Shown here in pieces: positions 46,478 through 57,108 of a DNA stretch of 64,000 bases. The translations under genes were made by a program, and so were the position numbers. Origin of the DNA: a virus. The notes beneath the pieces are model-generated. The model worked only from the letters and a program-made list of their open reading frames with translations. It was not told where the DNA came from and made no database searches. The DNA lies in the IMG/VR virus record IMGVR_UViG_3300035698_011322, positions 10,658 through 74,657 of that record. The stretch is one strand, 5' to 3'. How positions within the stretch are numbered: the stretch's first letter is position 1; each line of letters opens with the position of its first letter.

Positions 46478-46702
46478 ATGTTAGAAAACATTAAAAAGTA
46501 TATAAGAATTAATGAAAGTTACTTTGAAACCGAATCATTCTTTTCATTTATAATATTTAGAGTCGTCCCTAGTGATAGTGATACTTATAAAGTTAAATTT
46601 TCTTCGAAATATGGTAAAGAACATGATATAATTATAGGTTTGAAAGCCAAAAATAAATTAGATGCAAGAAAAGAATTTGAAAAAAATATAAGAGAGGTAT
46701 AG
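46478..46702 (+). CDS. hypothetical protein
   Basis: Coupled ORF. Confidence 0.45.
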   Translation: MLENIKKYIRINESYFETESFFSFIIFRVVPSDSDTYKVKFSSKYGKEHDIIIGLKAKNKLDARKEFEKNIREV

Positions 46703-46703
46703 T

Positions 46704-46949
46704 ATGGGAAAGTGTATGCGGTGTTATTCAGTATACCCACCACAATATATGCGAGATATTGAAGGATCTGAAGATGGTGATCAGCAATGTGTATATTGTA
46801 AGAGGGGAAACGATTTTGTAATGTTAGTAAAAGAGGGTGCTATGGATGAAAAATATACAAAAAAGCAATGTATAAGTGATTACAAAGTATTTCTAAATGA
46901 ACTAAAAAACATGCCAAATATTGCGAATAAATTGGCAAAGCCAAAATAG
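46704..46949 (+). CDS. small Zn-finger protein
   Basis: CMRC...CVYC. Confidence 0.55.
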   Translation: MGKCMRCYSVYPPQYMRDIEGSEDGDQQCVYCKRGNDFVMLVKEGAMDEKYTKKQCISDYKVFLNELKNMPNIANKLAKPK

Positions 46950-46966
46950 AGAAGGAAAGTGATGTC

Positions 46967-47488
46967 ATGAATACAATAATAAGAGGCAATCCTGTAATAC
47001 TATTAAATGCGGATTATAGTTATCTGAATACAATCAAATGGAAAAAAGCATTAACTCTTGTTACAAAAGATAAGGTTAGTGTTGTTAAATACAGTAAGAA
47101 TGTAATAAGATCAGCATCTGGTATTATAATCAAAATACCTTTAATAATGAAATTGATAAAATTCATTAGAACTGTATACAGAACCCGTGTGCCTTTTTCA
47201 AAGAAAAATATTATGATTCGTGATGGTATGAAGTGTGTTTACTGTGGTGCTACAAATGTTAGACTAACAATAGACCATATTCTCCCAAAGGCTAAAGGTG
47301 GTAAATCGACCTTTGAAAATACTGTTGCTGCATGTAAACCATGTAACAATAAAAAAGGTAGTAAGCTTTGCTCAGAGGTTAAAATGTATCCAAAGAGCAG
47401 AGCGAACTCACCTACGATTTCTGAGTTTTTGATGATCAAAATGAAGATACTCGGAATAGATAAGATAATAAGTGATTTGTTTAAATAA
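46967..47488 (+). CDS. HNH endonuclease
   Basis: RDG..CVYCG...TIDHILPK..GG...N.VAAC..CN.KKG. Confidence 0.9.
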   Translation: MNTIIRGNPVILLNADYSYLNTIKWKKALTLVTKDKVSVVKYSKNVIRSASGIIIKIPLIMKLIKFIRTVYRTRVPFSKKNIMIRDGMKCVYCGATNVRLTIDHILPKAKGGKSTFENTVAACKPCNNKKGSKLCSEVKMYPKSRANSPTISEFLMIKMKILGIDKIISDLFK

Positions 47489-47557
47489 AAGTGAACATAG
47501 ATAGTAGATCGTTAGTGTTTTACTATCTATGTTTGAAAGGTTTGGAGAATATGTTAA

Positions 47558-48676
47558 ATGACAAAAAAGAAAAAAGATGTACTAAATCGTATAAAAAAAC
47601 CCGCACAAATAAATTTCCTCAGTTATATAGCAGATAATCAAGGATGTGGTACAATAAGAGTAATGTATCCATTTATATTACTTCCACACTCAACAGATAA
47701 AGATAACAAATATATAACACAATATCAATCACAATATGTATCCAATCCAGATTATTATCAAGGGTATACTTTTACCCAATTTCAGAGATCAGCAACAAAA
47801 GAACATTTGAGTCTATTTTTACATTATAAAAAGAAGATTCAAAAGAGATTCAAAATACCATTGATATATGAAATTGATGATATGTTGATTAATATTCCTA
47901 AGTTCAATTATGCTTCATTATATTATGTTAAAAACGAGGAATATATAAAAAAAATGATTGCAATGGCTGATGGTGTTATCACATCAACACAAAAATTAAA
48001 AGAAGTATATAGTAAATATAATAATAATATAGAAGTAATACCAAATCATCTTCCAAAATTTGTATGGGGCGATGTATTTCCGGCTCATGAATATAAAAAT
48101 GAAAAGGAGAAAATAAAAATCTTATGGGCTGGTTCTATGAATCACTTTCCATTGCCAGAAATGAAGCAAGCGGGTATAAAGGGTGGTGATTTTAGTGATA
48201 TACTCATAGACTTTATGAAAAAGACTACTGATAAATATGAGTGGATATTTATGGGCGCTCTTCCACAAGAATTAAAACAACAAGTCAAATTTAATAAAAT
48301 TAAGTATATTAAGTGGGTAAACATTTTTCAATACCCATCGGTAGTAAAGAAATTAGAGCCTGATATATGTATAGCTCCGTTATTTCCAGATAAATTCAAT
48401 GAGTGTAAATCAAATATAAAATGTCTTGAGTACTCGGCTTTAGGAGCACCTGGTGTCTATACAAATATAAGACCTTATCAAGATATGACACTTACTGCTA
48501 ACCTTGAAGAAGAAATGATATCACACATTGAAAAATTAGCTAGTGATATTAATTTTAGAGCAAAAGTATGGAAGAAGGATTATAAGACAGTTGAAGAAAA
48601 TTTATATTGGGAAGAGAATAATAATCTAATAAAGTATGTCAATTCTTATTTAAAGTTGTTTGGTAAGCGTTTATAG
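47558..48676 (+). CDS. glycosyltransferase (GT-B-like)
   Basis: GCG..R, YEIDD, VIPNH, WAGS..H, APL...FNECKSNIK.LEY. Confidence 0.85.
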   Translation: MTKKKKDVLNRIKKPAQINFLSYIADNQGCGTIRVMYPFILLPHSTDKDNKYITQYQSQYVSNPDYYQGYTFTQFQRSATKEHLSLFLHYKKKIQKRFKIPLIYEIDDMLINIPKFNYASLYYVKNEEYIKKMIAMADGVITSTQKLKEVYSKYNNNIEVIPNHLPKFVWGDVFPAHEYKNEKEKIKILWAGSMNHFPLPEMKQAGIKGGDFSDILIDFMKKTTDKYEWIFMGALPQELKQQVKFNKIKYIKWVNIFQYPSVVKKLEPDICIAPLFPDKFNECKSNIKCLEYSALGAPGVYTNIRPYQDMTLTANLEEEMISHIEKLASDINFRAKVWKKDYKTVEENLYWEENNNLIKYVNSYLKLFGKRL

Positions 48677-48722
48677 AATGTTTACAAAGTTTATATAATT
48701 TGTTATAATATATTAAAATGAA

Positions 48723-48950
48723 ATGAAAGGAAAAAGTATAATGGTAAACATAAGAGTTGAAAAATTATGCAAGAAGGATCATAAGAAAGAAGATTCGTGG
48801 ATATTATCTCATGTAAAATTTTGTAGAGAGGGTGATATTGTTCGTATCAATGGAAAGAAGGATAAGTTCTTTCAATCTGTTTCTGATCCTATATGGTCTA
48901 CGGCACATAAGGATTATGATATGAAGTTTACCATGTGGGTACCAGAATAG
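48723..48950 (+). CDS. hypothetical protein
   Basis: Follows an early promoter. Confidence 0.5.
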   Translation: MKGKSIMVNIRVEKLCKKDHKKEDSWILSHVKFCREGDIVRINGKKDKFFQSVSDPIWSTAHKDYDMKFTMWVPE

Positions 48951-49553
48951 ATGGACGCTGAAAACATATACTACTTCTTTCGAAAGGCTCAGTCTGAATC
49001 AAAGAATAGAGGGTTTAGATTACCCAAGGACTGGGAATCTCACTTACAAAATAGATTCACTGCAAAGAATAGAGAATCGCTCTTAATGGCAACTGGTTTC
49101 TTCAATACGAAATGGGAGAACGTTGATCCATATAGATACTTTCAATGTGGTTTTGAAATACTAAAGACATTCTCTTATATTAATTTTTTCGATCCAAGAG
49201 TATTGAGATTGTATATTCAAAGAGATAAGAATATAAAAAGAGAGCTGAGTAACTGTAAGAAAGAAATAATAAACTCGATTGTCTTTATTAAAAAGTATAT
49301 GAAGAAACATAACATCATTATGTTTAGTGATTACATACAAATAACAGATGGAAATAGAAGTATTGTAATAAAGCACTATACACAGAATAAAGTAAGTAAG
49401 TTTTTTATTGTATGGTTGATGATGTTGGGTAAAATATCTCTGAGTGATAGTGATTTGGCTTTCATGCCATATCTTCAAGATCAGTATAGAGAAATAAGAG
49501 TCAAATTAGATGATATTGGGCCATTCTTGAGAAAAATAATAAGGAAACTATAA
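48951..49553 (+). CDS. hypothetical protein in the replication region
   Basis: 200-aa coupled ORF. Confidence 0.6.
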   Translation: MDAENIYYFFRKAQSESKNRGFRLPKDWESHLQNRFTAKNRESLLMATGFFNTKWENVDPYRYFQCGFEILKTFSYINFFDPRVLRLYIQRDKNIKRELSNCKKEIINSIVFIKKYMKKHNIIMFSDYIQITDGNRSIVIKHYTQNKVSKFFIVWLMMLGKISLSDSDLAFMPYLQDQYREIRVKLDDIGPFLRKIIRKL

Positions 49554-49564
49554 AGGAAAAACAA

Positions 49565-50017
49565 ATGATTAATTGGACAAGAAATATATATTATGGTGTT
49601 AGAAATATAATCAAATGGGTTCCTTTGATCTATAAAGATAGAGACTGGGATCATACATATCTTATGGGGATTATGCAATTCAAACTGAAAAATATGGAAG
49701 AAAATTTCAGAAAATATGGACACCATGTTAATTCAGATAGAGATGCAAGAGAGATTCGTAAATGCATTTTATTACTTGATAGAATTATAAAAGACGATTA
49801 TATTAAAAAAGACTGGGATAAGTTTGAAAAAAGATGGGGCGAATTAGGGTTTGAATCACATAGGTTGGTTCGTTCTAATGTTGTAACCGAAGATGATAAA
49901 GAACAAGAAAAAAAAGGCTTTAAGAGATTGATTGAAAAAGAAGATTCTATAAAAAGTCAAGATATGGATCTTTTGTTTAATATAATGAGAAAGCAAATAC
50001 TTGGATGGTGGGACTAA
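49565..50017 (+). CDS. conserved phage hypothetical protein
   Basis: W.P.I.KDRDWD...KL..M...C..LLDR...WWD. Confidence 0.7.
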   Translation: MINWTRNIYYGVRNIIKWVPLIYKDRDWDHTYLMGIMQFKLKNMEENFRKYGHHVNSDRDAREIRKCILLLDRIIKDDYIKKDWDKFEKRWGELGFESHRLVRSNVVTEDDKEQEKKGFKRLIEKEDSIKSQDMDLLFNIMRKQILGWWD

Positions 50018-50018
50018 T

Positions 50019-50552
50019 ATGTTAAAATCTAGTAAAACAAAAAAGCGTAAGATATTATTAGATTCGATTCTGAAAGTCATATCAAATAAGGATATATATA
50101 ATACTATAAACTATAAAAAGAAGAACGAAGAGTATATAAAACAGTTTATGTATCAGCCATTACTACAAAGCCTTATTAAAAGATATAGTGATGAAGGGTT
50201 CAGGGACAAAACTTGTGTTAAGAAATCCAAAGAGTCATTAATTTGGGAATCTAATAAACAAACAGTATTACATAATATGATGTTGTTTGGAACACAACAT
50301 AGACCAGATATGGAAATTAATACAGATAATATTTCTATAGCAATCGAGGTCAAGAGAGGTAGTTGTGGTTGTGATATTCGACAAGGCATAGGTCAATGTA
50401 TTGTTTATTCTACAAAGTATGATTTTGTAGTATTTCTTTTTATTGATACATCGGATGATAAAAGAATATTCAATAGCATGTGTTCCAAGAAAGAACTTGA
50501 GATCAGAGCAAACTTATGGAAGAACTATAATATAATGTTCGATGCTGTATAA
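50019..50552 (+). CDS. PD-(D/E)xK nuclease-like protein
   Basis: RPD......IAIEVK...GQC..Y. Confidence 0.6.
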   Translation: MLKSSKTKKRKILLDSILKVISNKDIYNTINYKKKNEEYIKQFMYQPLLQSLIKRYSDEGFRDKTCVKKSKESLIWESNKQTVLHNMMLFGTQHRPDMEINTDNISIAIEVKRGSCGCDIRQGIGQCIVYSTKYDFVVFLFIDTSDDKRIFNSMCSKKELEIRANLWKNYNIMFDAV

Positions 50553-50616
50553 AGGAATGACAAAGACTGTGGATTTTTATAACAAAGAAGAAGAAGAAGA
50601 AGAAGAGGAAGAGTAG

Positions 50617-50793
50617 ATGAGTAAAGAATATGATAAAGAAAAGTACTTGAAAGACAAAAAGAAGAAAGATCTTTTGAAAAAAAGCTTGCCAGAAGGTAAG
50701 ATATTAAAACCTAAGTCACCAGAAGGTAGACCATTATGGGTTTATGATAAACTAAACGAAGAAAAGAAGAAGAAGAAAAAGCTCAATGAGTAA
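50617..50793 (+). CDS. small Lys-rich protein
   Basis: Own translation MSKEYDKEKYLKDKKKK...; 58 aa. Confidence 0.4.
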   Translation: MSKEYDKEKYLKDKKKKDLLKKSLPEGKILKPKSPEGRPLWVYDKLNEEKKKKKKLNE

Positions 50794-50872
50794 AATTTTA
50801 TGTTTACTTTTATAATATAATTGTGTATAATTATATTATAGTAAATAAAAAAGTATATAAAGGAGTAAGAAT

Positions 50873-51832
50873 ATGTCCAAATGGATTTCAAAAGATTTGT
50901 TTAACGACTTTCAGAAAGAAAAGAAAGCCGAGGCTGACAAGCCAAATGATTATGGTATGCGAAGAAGTGAAATTATATGGGAAACACCAGTAAAAGGTAC
51001 ACAAGAAAAACCTAAAACTTATGAGGGCCGATTTTTACCAGATATAGATGGTGGTTTTTATAAAAAGTACTCATACCATATGTTCAAAAGTGGTGAAAAA
51101 TGGATGTTTATACTATGTCCGAAAACATATAATTTTGAAAATTATTGTCCACTATGCTCCGCTACTTCTCAATTGTACCAAGGAACAGCAGCTGATAAGA
51201 AAATGGCATACAGTTATAAGAGAAAAGAAAAGTTCGTTAGTAATTTCTTTCTTGTAAATGATCCCAGGGATGCTGAAAGAGAAGCAGAGAACAAAGTAAA
51301 TGGTAAGGTCAAATTGTATGAGTTTCCTGGTAAAGTAGAAATGAAACTCAAGAACGAAATAACCGATACTAAAGAAGGGTATGGTTATTTGATATTTGAT
51401 CCAGGTGAAGAAGGTCACAATTTCATTCTAAAAGTATTGGCAACAAAGCAAGATACAAATGGAAACATATGGCCTGATTATGCTTCATCATTATTTTCAA
51501 GAAGTTCGGAGCCAATAGGCACAGAAGGCGATATTGATAAAATAATGGAATCAAGAATCAATATTACTGAGTATATCAAGACACTTGAAAAGACAGATGA
51601 TGAAATTGTTCAAATTTTAAAAGCTGAAATGTTATGGGATTTGGTCGAAGATGAGTGGAACAGATATAAGAACGTTCAAGAAAAGACAACAGTAAAAGTA
51701 GAAGAGGATGATATTGATGATTCACAATGGAGTGATGACACTACTCCAGAAGAGAAAGATCAAGGAACTGAGAAAGAAACTGATCAGGAATTAGATGATG
51801 AAGAATTATTACGAGAATTAGAGGATATGTAG
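50873..51832 (+). CDS. single-stranded DNA-binding protein (gp32-like)
   Basis: RFLP, H.F, CP.T...CPLC, V.DP..ENK.NGKV.LY, FDP..G.NF.LK, acidic tail. Confidence 0.9.
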   Translation: MSKWISKDLFNDFQKEKKAEADKPNDYGMRRSEIIWETPVKGTQEKPKTYEGRFLPDIDGGFYKKYSYHMFKSGEKWMFILCPKTYNFENYCPLCSATSQLYQGTAADKKMAYSYKRKEKFVSNFFLVNDPRDAEREAENKVNGKVKLYEFPGKVEMKLKNEITDTKEGYGYLIFDPGEEGHNFILKVLATKQDTNGNIWPDYASSLFSRSSEPIGTEGDIDKIMESRINITEYIKTLEKTDDEIVQILKAEMLWDLVEDEWNRYKNVQEKTTVKVEEDDIDDSQWSDDTTPEEKDQGTEKETDQELDDEELLRELEDM

Positions 51833-51977
51833 TAATAACAAGGGTTTACACTTTTTGTTGAAAGAATTGGAAAAATATGTAATATTGTTGAAAAAGAAAT
51901 TCATTTGATATTCATTAAAAAGTGATTATATTATGTATAGGAAAAAATATTAATTATAAAAAAGGAGTAAATGTTAT

Positions 51978-52442
51978 ATGAATTTATGGTCCACAAGTAA
52001 ATTTGGAAATCGAATGTATAAGACTATGTTCGATGAAAGTGATCCATTGGAAAATCTTTGGAATGATTTTAATTATATGTTTCATCGTGATAGTGATTGT
52101 GATTGTTGTAAAGAAGAAGAAGATGAGGAAGGTAGTTTGCTTCTTACCTTGGATGTTCCTGGATTTAATAAGGATAATCTAAAAGTAGACATATCTGATG
52201 GTATTTTAACTATAAGCGGCGAAAGTGAGGTGAGAAAACAAACTGAATATGGTCGCAATAAGATTATGAAAAGATATCAAATTGGTGATGTGGAAGATGT
52301 AGAGGCTGCTATAAAAGATGGTATTTTAACTATTAATATAAAATATCCTAGCAAAGAAGTAAAAACAAAACGGATTAAAATTAGTGATGGAATATGTGGA
52401 TGTGGATGTGGATGTAATGATGTTGATTGTGCTGTATCTTAG
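51978..52442 (+). CDS. Hsp20 small heat-shock protein
   Basis: DVPGF.K....V....GILTISGE; A..KDGILTI. Confidence 0.9.
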   Translation: MNLWSTSKFGNRMYKTMFDESDPLENLWNDFNYMFHRDSDCDCCKEEEDEEGSLLLTLDVPGFNKDNLKVDISDGILTISGESEVRKQTEYGRNKIMKRYQIGDVEDVEAAIKDGILTINIKYPSKEVKTKRIKISDGICGCGCGCNDVDCAVS

Positions 52443-52694
52443 TAATGGTAAGAGTTATTAAAAATAATAGATCGGCGAGAAAAGCGGAACTATTAACCAT
52501 AACTTTTAATACTTGAACATAATACTAAACTAATTATAAATTATGATGAAAAAATCCTTCAGTTAAAATTTAACAACTGGGGGATTTTTTTGCCTTTTTT
52601 ATTGAAAAACCCAATTCATAACATAAATATAAAATGAATTAGTAGTTTTAAACAAGAAAATTTTGTAAAAAAGGTTGGAAAATAGAGGTAAATA

Positions 52695-53249
52695 ATGAGT
52701 AAATCTAGTAAGGGCAGTGCATTTGAAAGGGAGGTATCTAAATATCTTACTGAATGGATTAGTGGAAAAAAGGCCCCTCTTTTGTTTTGGCGAACCCCTC
52801 TTAGTGGTGGACTTGCAACAATAAATGAATTAAATAAAAATATATCTGGTGATGTTTTTCCAATTGACGAATCAGTAATGAAATGGTGGCCGTTTTCGGT
52901 CGAATGTAAAAATGGGTATCCATCTACTTCCTTTTGGCAACACTTTAAAAACATAAAGACATTCAATCTGAAAAGTTTTTGGAAACAATGTTGTGGTGAT
53001 GCTAGCAAATCTAGTAAATATCCGATGCTAATATATAGGAAAAAGGGTAGAAAACCTATAGTTGGTATAGATATGACTGTATTTTCGATCATTGATACAA
53101 TTATTCCTATTTCTAGATTGAGTAGTGTTATATTGAATTGGAATAATGGATTGGATAGTTTGTTACCAAGTGTTATATTTTTTGACTGCAATGATTTTTT
53201 TGAAATGATAAAACCAGATGACATAAAGGAGATTTTTACTAATGGCTAA
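52695..53249 (+). CDS. Holliday junction resolvase (Hjc-like)
   Basis: KGSAFERE...R.PLSGG...GD...SVECK. Confidence 0.85.
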   Translation: MSKSSKGSAFEREVSKYLTEWISGKKAPLLFWRTPLSGGLATINELNKNISGDVFPIDESVMKWWPFSVECKNGYPSTSFWQHFKNIKTFNLKSFWKQCCGDASKSSKYPMLIYRKKGRKPIVGIDMTVFSIIDTIIPISRLSSVILNWNNGLDSLLPSVIFFDCNDFFEMIKPDDIKEIFTNG

Positions 53250-53655
53250 ATTAGATCTAACACCCAGCCAATTTGCTGATTATATATCAGCTCTTATGCT
53301 TGATAAAATGATCAATGACAAGGTTATGCATAAAAATAAAGAATTCACAGAACTTATGAATGATTTCAAAGGCATGGGTGGTAAGAGCAAACTTATGAAA
53401 TATTATCTGGATATGTCGTCTGAAATGAGGATGAAATATAAATGGACTAAGAAAACACTTACAGGTGAATCAAATGCTATCCAAACTATAAGAATAATAT
53501 CAGAGGATAAAATAGAACCTGATAAAGAGAAGGAAGGATTGATCAAAAGGGCTATAAGAAAAATAAAGAAGCTCGTGATTGGCGATTCTGTAAATCTCAC
53601 ACAACAAGAAGCTAAAATAATACAGGAAATAATAGGAGATGATGAAAATGGGTGA
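53242..53655 (+). CDS. hypothetical protein
   Basis: Coupled ORF. Confidence 0.55.
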   Translation: MAKLDLTPSQFADYISALMLDKMINDKVMHKNKEFTELMNDFKGMGGKSKLMKYYLDMSSEMRMKYKWTKKTLTGESNAIQTIRIISEDKIEPDKEKEGLIKRAIRKIKKLVIGDSVNLTQQEAKIIQEIIGDDENG

Positions 53656-53956
53656 AATTTCAGGAAATTTTCAAGACTCACCGGAAGGAATAGCAGCAAA
53701 AGATATTTCTGCTACAACACCGGGAGAGGGAAAAATAAAAACAGATGTTACTGATGTGTTTGCTGATGGTGAATATAAAGGAACACCTGTATTCGATGTA
53801 ACCAAAAATGAATTTTATAATAATATGAAACAAGATAGAAAAAGACTAAGGTTTAAAACTGGTTCACCAGCGGGTACTTATATGAGAAAAACTAGATACA
53901 ATATACCATTTTATATTAGAAATGCAGAAGATGGATATTTAAGAAAGATTAAATAG
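53639..53956 (+). CDS. hypothetical protein
   Basis: Coupled ORF. Confidence 0.55.
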   Translation: MMKMGEISGNFQDSPEGIAAKDISATTPGEGKIKTDVTDVFADGEYKGTPVFDVTKNEFYNNMKQDRKRLRFKTGSPAGTYMRKTRYNIPFYIRNAEDGYLRKIK

Positions 53957-54025
53957 AAGGTTTACATTCATAGTGTAATTTGATATAATTAAACAAAATG
54001 TGAGTTAGAAGAAGGAGATATTTAT

Positions 54026-54937
54026 ATGAATAATAAAGTTGTTTTGTTTGATTTTAATAATCTGGTTTTTAGGAATTTTTTCATAAAAGAAGTTGAGCCA
54101 CATACAGAAAAACCAAATTTCATGTTATGGAGATATAATATATTTAACTCCATATATCAATCGTTGTGGAAAGAAAAAGATATAGTTGAAGTTGTTATTG
54201 CTGTTGATGATAAAAATTCATGGAGAAAGTCATATTTTCCAAGATATAAGGAGTCAAGGAAAAAACAACGAGACAAATCTGATGTAAAATGGGATCTTTT
54301 ATTTGGTAACTTGGACAAATTAGTTGCTGACCTTAAACATTATATGCCATTCAAGGTTATAAAATTACGATCCGCTGAGGCTGATGATATTATAGCAGTG
54401 ATTGCTAAGAACATTGAAGAGGAAGTTGTAGTAATATCTAATGATGAAGATTATTTGCAATTGTCCTCGGATAGAGTAAAGTTATATAATCCACAAAAGA
54501 AAGACTATGTTAAATGTAATAGTAAAAAGTTTCTGTTAGAAAAAATAATGTTGGGACAAAAGAAAGATGATATATTCAACATTATTACACCCGATGATTG
54601 GGGTCAGACTAAAGAAACAAAGGATAAAAGAAAACCAGGATTTGGCCCAGCGGCACTGAAAAAAGTTTTAAATGAAGGTATTGATGGGTGGTTGGAGAAG
54701 AAGAATATTAATAAACTATACGGTGAAGTAGATGTTAAAAAGAATTATAAACGAAATCAAGTTCTTATAGACTTTGATAAAATACCAGTGACAATAACTA
54801 ACCGCATTCTTGATCAATATGATAACTATTCTTTTCCACCACCTTCAAATATATTTCAGTTCTTCAAGAGATACAAGATGCGTGGATTCTTAGAAAATTT
54901 TAATAGTGTAGAGAATAAATTAATGGAATTATATTAG
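54026..54937 (+). CDS. T4-type RNase H / 5'-3' exonuclease
   Basis: LFD.NN, SWRK..FP.YK..R, EADDII, S.D.D..QL, RN..LIDF..IP. Confidence 0.9.
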   Translation: MNNKVVLFDFNNLVFRNFFIKEVEPHTEKPNFMLWRYNIFNSIYQSLWKEKDIVEVVIAVDDKNSWRKSYFPRYKESRKKQRDKSDVKWDLLFGNLDKLVADLKHYMPFKVIKLRSAEADDIIAVIAKNIEEEVVVISNDEDYLQLSSDRVKLYNPQKKDYVKCNSKKFLLEKIMLGQKKDDIFNIITPDDWGQTKETKDKRKPGFGPAALKKVLNEGIDGWLEKKNINKLYGEVDVKKNYKRNQVLIDFDKIPVTITNRILDQYDNYSFPPPSNIFQFFKRYKMRGFLENFNSVENKLMELY

Positions 54938-54938
54938 T

Positions 54939-55142
54939 ATGAAGGTTTTGATAGAATATCATTCTGAAACAGATACAATAACAGTAAAATCAGAATTCAG
55001 AGATGTCAATGACACTCTAAAATTAATAGCTATAGGTTATGATAAATGGCTAAAGGAAAAGATTGGTTTGAAATGTGATAAATGTGGTGAATATCTTGAT
55101 GTGGATTGGGAATATTGTGCTAAATGTGGAGGGGATGTCTAA
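54939..55142 (+). CDS. Zn-ribbon protein
   Basis: CDKCG...CAKCG. Confidence 0.55.
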   Translation: MKVLIEYHSETDTITVKSEFRDVNDTLKLIAIGYDKWLKEKIGLKCDKCGEYLDVDWEYCAKCGGDV

Positions 55143-55417
55143 TGTCTAAAACGAAAGTAGTAAATGTTCTTCATTATGAAGGCGAATACATACCTATACA
55201 TAGAGGAACCATATGGGGAAACCCCTATAAGATAGGTATTGATGGTAACAGAGATCAAATAATAGAAAAGTATGAGAAACATATAAGATCTAATCCTATA
55301 TTGATGACTGAATTACCAAAACTAGAAGATGAAGCACTAGGGTGCTTCTGTTCTCCCCAAAAATGTCATGGCGACGTAATAATTAAATTGTTGAAAGAAA
55401 TAAGAGGTGTTAAATGA
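55142..55417 (+). CDS. DUF4326-like protein
   Basis: RG..WGNPY...LGCFC.P..CHGDV. Confidence 0.85.
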   Translation: MSKTKVVNVLHYEGEYIPIHRGTIWGNPYKIGIDGNRDQIIEKYEKHIRSNPILMTELPKLEDEALGCFCSPQKCHGDVIIKLLKEIRGVK

Positions 55418-55620
55418 TTCCAAGATTTGCGATAGTTAATATTAGTGAGAGGAATGAGTTCGAAAAAATGTATCAAATCCCTTATGGTTATGGTGATTGT
55501 AGTATATTTGATAACATAGATGATGCTATTAGAGAAATAAAATCAGTTCCAGAAATATATAGTGGATGCTCTGTTGAGAAGATCGATGATAATGGTAGGG
55601 ATGTAGTATATAAACGATGA
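55414..55620 (+). CDS. hypothetical protein
   Basis: ATGA overlaps on both sides. Confidence 0.5.
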   Translation: MIPRFAIVNISERNEFEKMYQIPYGYGDCSIFDNIDDAIREIKSVPEIYSGCSVEKIDDNGRDVVYKR

Positions 55621-56393
55621 GCAAAAATTGTTTTGTAGAAGGATATTCTATTGATGATGTTTATTTTCAGCTACTTAGTAATCTGTATAAGTATGGTAGA
55701 AAGAATCCAATAGATTATGGTAGCTTTGCTGGATCATCAAGATTGGAGTTTGATTTCGCGGCTGGAACTATACTTAATCCCACCGTTAGACCACTTGCTC
55801 CGATCATGCCAGATGGTGTGCCACCTGTTACCACCGATGATGAGATACAAAAGTATTTTATCAACTATATAATGGATGGACATAACCTTGCTGAGAATGA
55901 ACATTATCGATATTCTACATTTATTTCTGGTGGTCTTTATACATTACCACATGCGGAAATCGCTTCATGGTTTACTGGCACTTCGGCTGAAGTGCCAATA
56001 ACGATGTGTGTTCCCAACCAAGTTGAATGGGTTATCAAACATTATAAAGAAAAGGGGTTCGGTAATAATCATTGTTATATTCAAGTTGGTTATCCAGAGA
56101 GTTCTTTTGCATACGATGTGCCATGGAAAGATGAATCAGAAAGACAAACTAGCCCATGCCTGAGAGGTATAGATACACATATAAAAGATAATAAACTACA
56201 TATGTCTGTAACTTTTAGATCATGGGATTTGTTTGCTGGTTTTCCGGAGAACATGGGTGGTATCACTATGTTGGGTGAGTATATTTCTAATGAACTCGAT
56301 ATTACTATGGGGCCTTTATCTTTTAGTTGTCTAAAGTTACATTGTTATGATTCACAATTGGATGCAGTAAAAGCAAGATTACACATTGAATAA
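55617..56393 (+). CDS. thymidylate synthase-family protein
   Basis: SPCLR, FRSWD...FPEN, LH.Y. Confidence 0.85.
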   Translation: MSKNCFVEGYSIDDVYFQLLSNLYKYGRKNPIDYGSFAGSSRLEFDFAAGTILNPTVRPLAPIMPDGVPPVTTDDEIQKYFINYIMDGHNLAENEHYRYSTFISGGLYTLPHAEIASWFTGTSAEVPITMCVPNQVEWVIKHYKEKGFGNNHCYIQVGYPESSFAYDVPWKDESERQTSPCLRGIDTHIKDNKLHMSVTFRSWDLFAGFPENMGGITMLGEYISNELDITMGPLSFSCLKLHCYDSQLDAVKARLHIE

Positions 56394-56404
56394 AGAGGGT
56401 TAAA

Positions 56405-57073
56405 ATGAAATTTGAAAACTATATAAACAGAGAAACATCTTGGGATGATTATGGCCCTAATAGTGATAATGTAAATCTGATAACTGAGGCTGGTTTTAGT
56501 AGAGTCTTGAGTAGAATAGAAAAAAGTGATAGCTTTGCAATAATAACAGCATATAGAGATGCATATAATAAAAAGGAAAATATAAGTAAAAACAGGCAGT
56601 TACGGGGAGAGTTTAACAAGAGAAAAATGGGTGTATATCAGCTTGTTGGACATTGGAGAGAATGCCAAGATGATAAAATTCGTTATGAAGATTGTCCAGA
56701 AAATCAATTAAAAGATGTGATTGAAAGATCATATCTAGTTATAAAACCAGATAGTATTGTGGATAAAGAGTTTGAGAAATTTATTGTTGATTTAGTTAAA
56801 AAATTTAATCAGGACACCGCATTAATCAAATTAGAGGATGCTTATTATGTTATAGATAAAAATGGTGGAAAATATATTGTTGGTAAGAAATTAACATCCA
56901 ATAAGATATCACAGGCATATTCCCAATTCATTAAGAAAACTAATATACCTTTTGTATTTGAAGGTGTTGAGATTCCATCATCAAATAGTGGTAGAATGAT
57001 GGCATTAGGTGTTGGAATATTTTATCCTGTGGGGAAATTTGATGATATGAGAGATTGGGATGAAATATGTTAG
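56405..57073 (+). CDS. hypothetical protein with capsid-targeting-like N-terminus
   Basis: MKFENYINRE...LITEA; IITAYR...N..L...G.W.E...E.S..V...FNQD. Confidence 0.65.
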   Translation: MKFENYINRETSWDDYGPNSDNVNLITEAGFSRVLSRIEKSDSFAIITAYRDAYNKKENISKNRQLRGEFNKRKMGVYQLVGHWRECQDDKIRYEDCPENQLKDVIERSYLVIKPDSIVDKEFEKFIVDLVKKFNQDTALIKLEDAYYVIDKNGGKYIVGKKLTSNKISQAYSQFIKKTNIPFVFEGVEIPSSNSGRMMALGVGIFYPVGKFDDMRDWDEIC

Positions 57074-57108
57074 ATGATATAGAAAAACTAAAAGAGGTTA
57101 ATTGATAT

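Noticed and set aside
55617-56393. dCMP hydroxymethylase
   Set aside because: Has Asn (FPEN) at the specificity position typical of dUMP-using enzymes, not Asp.
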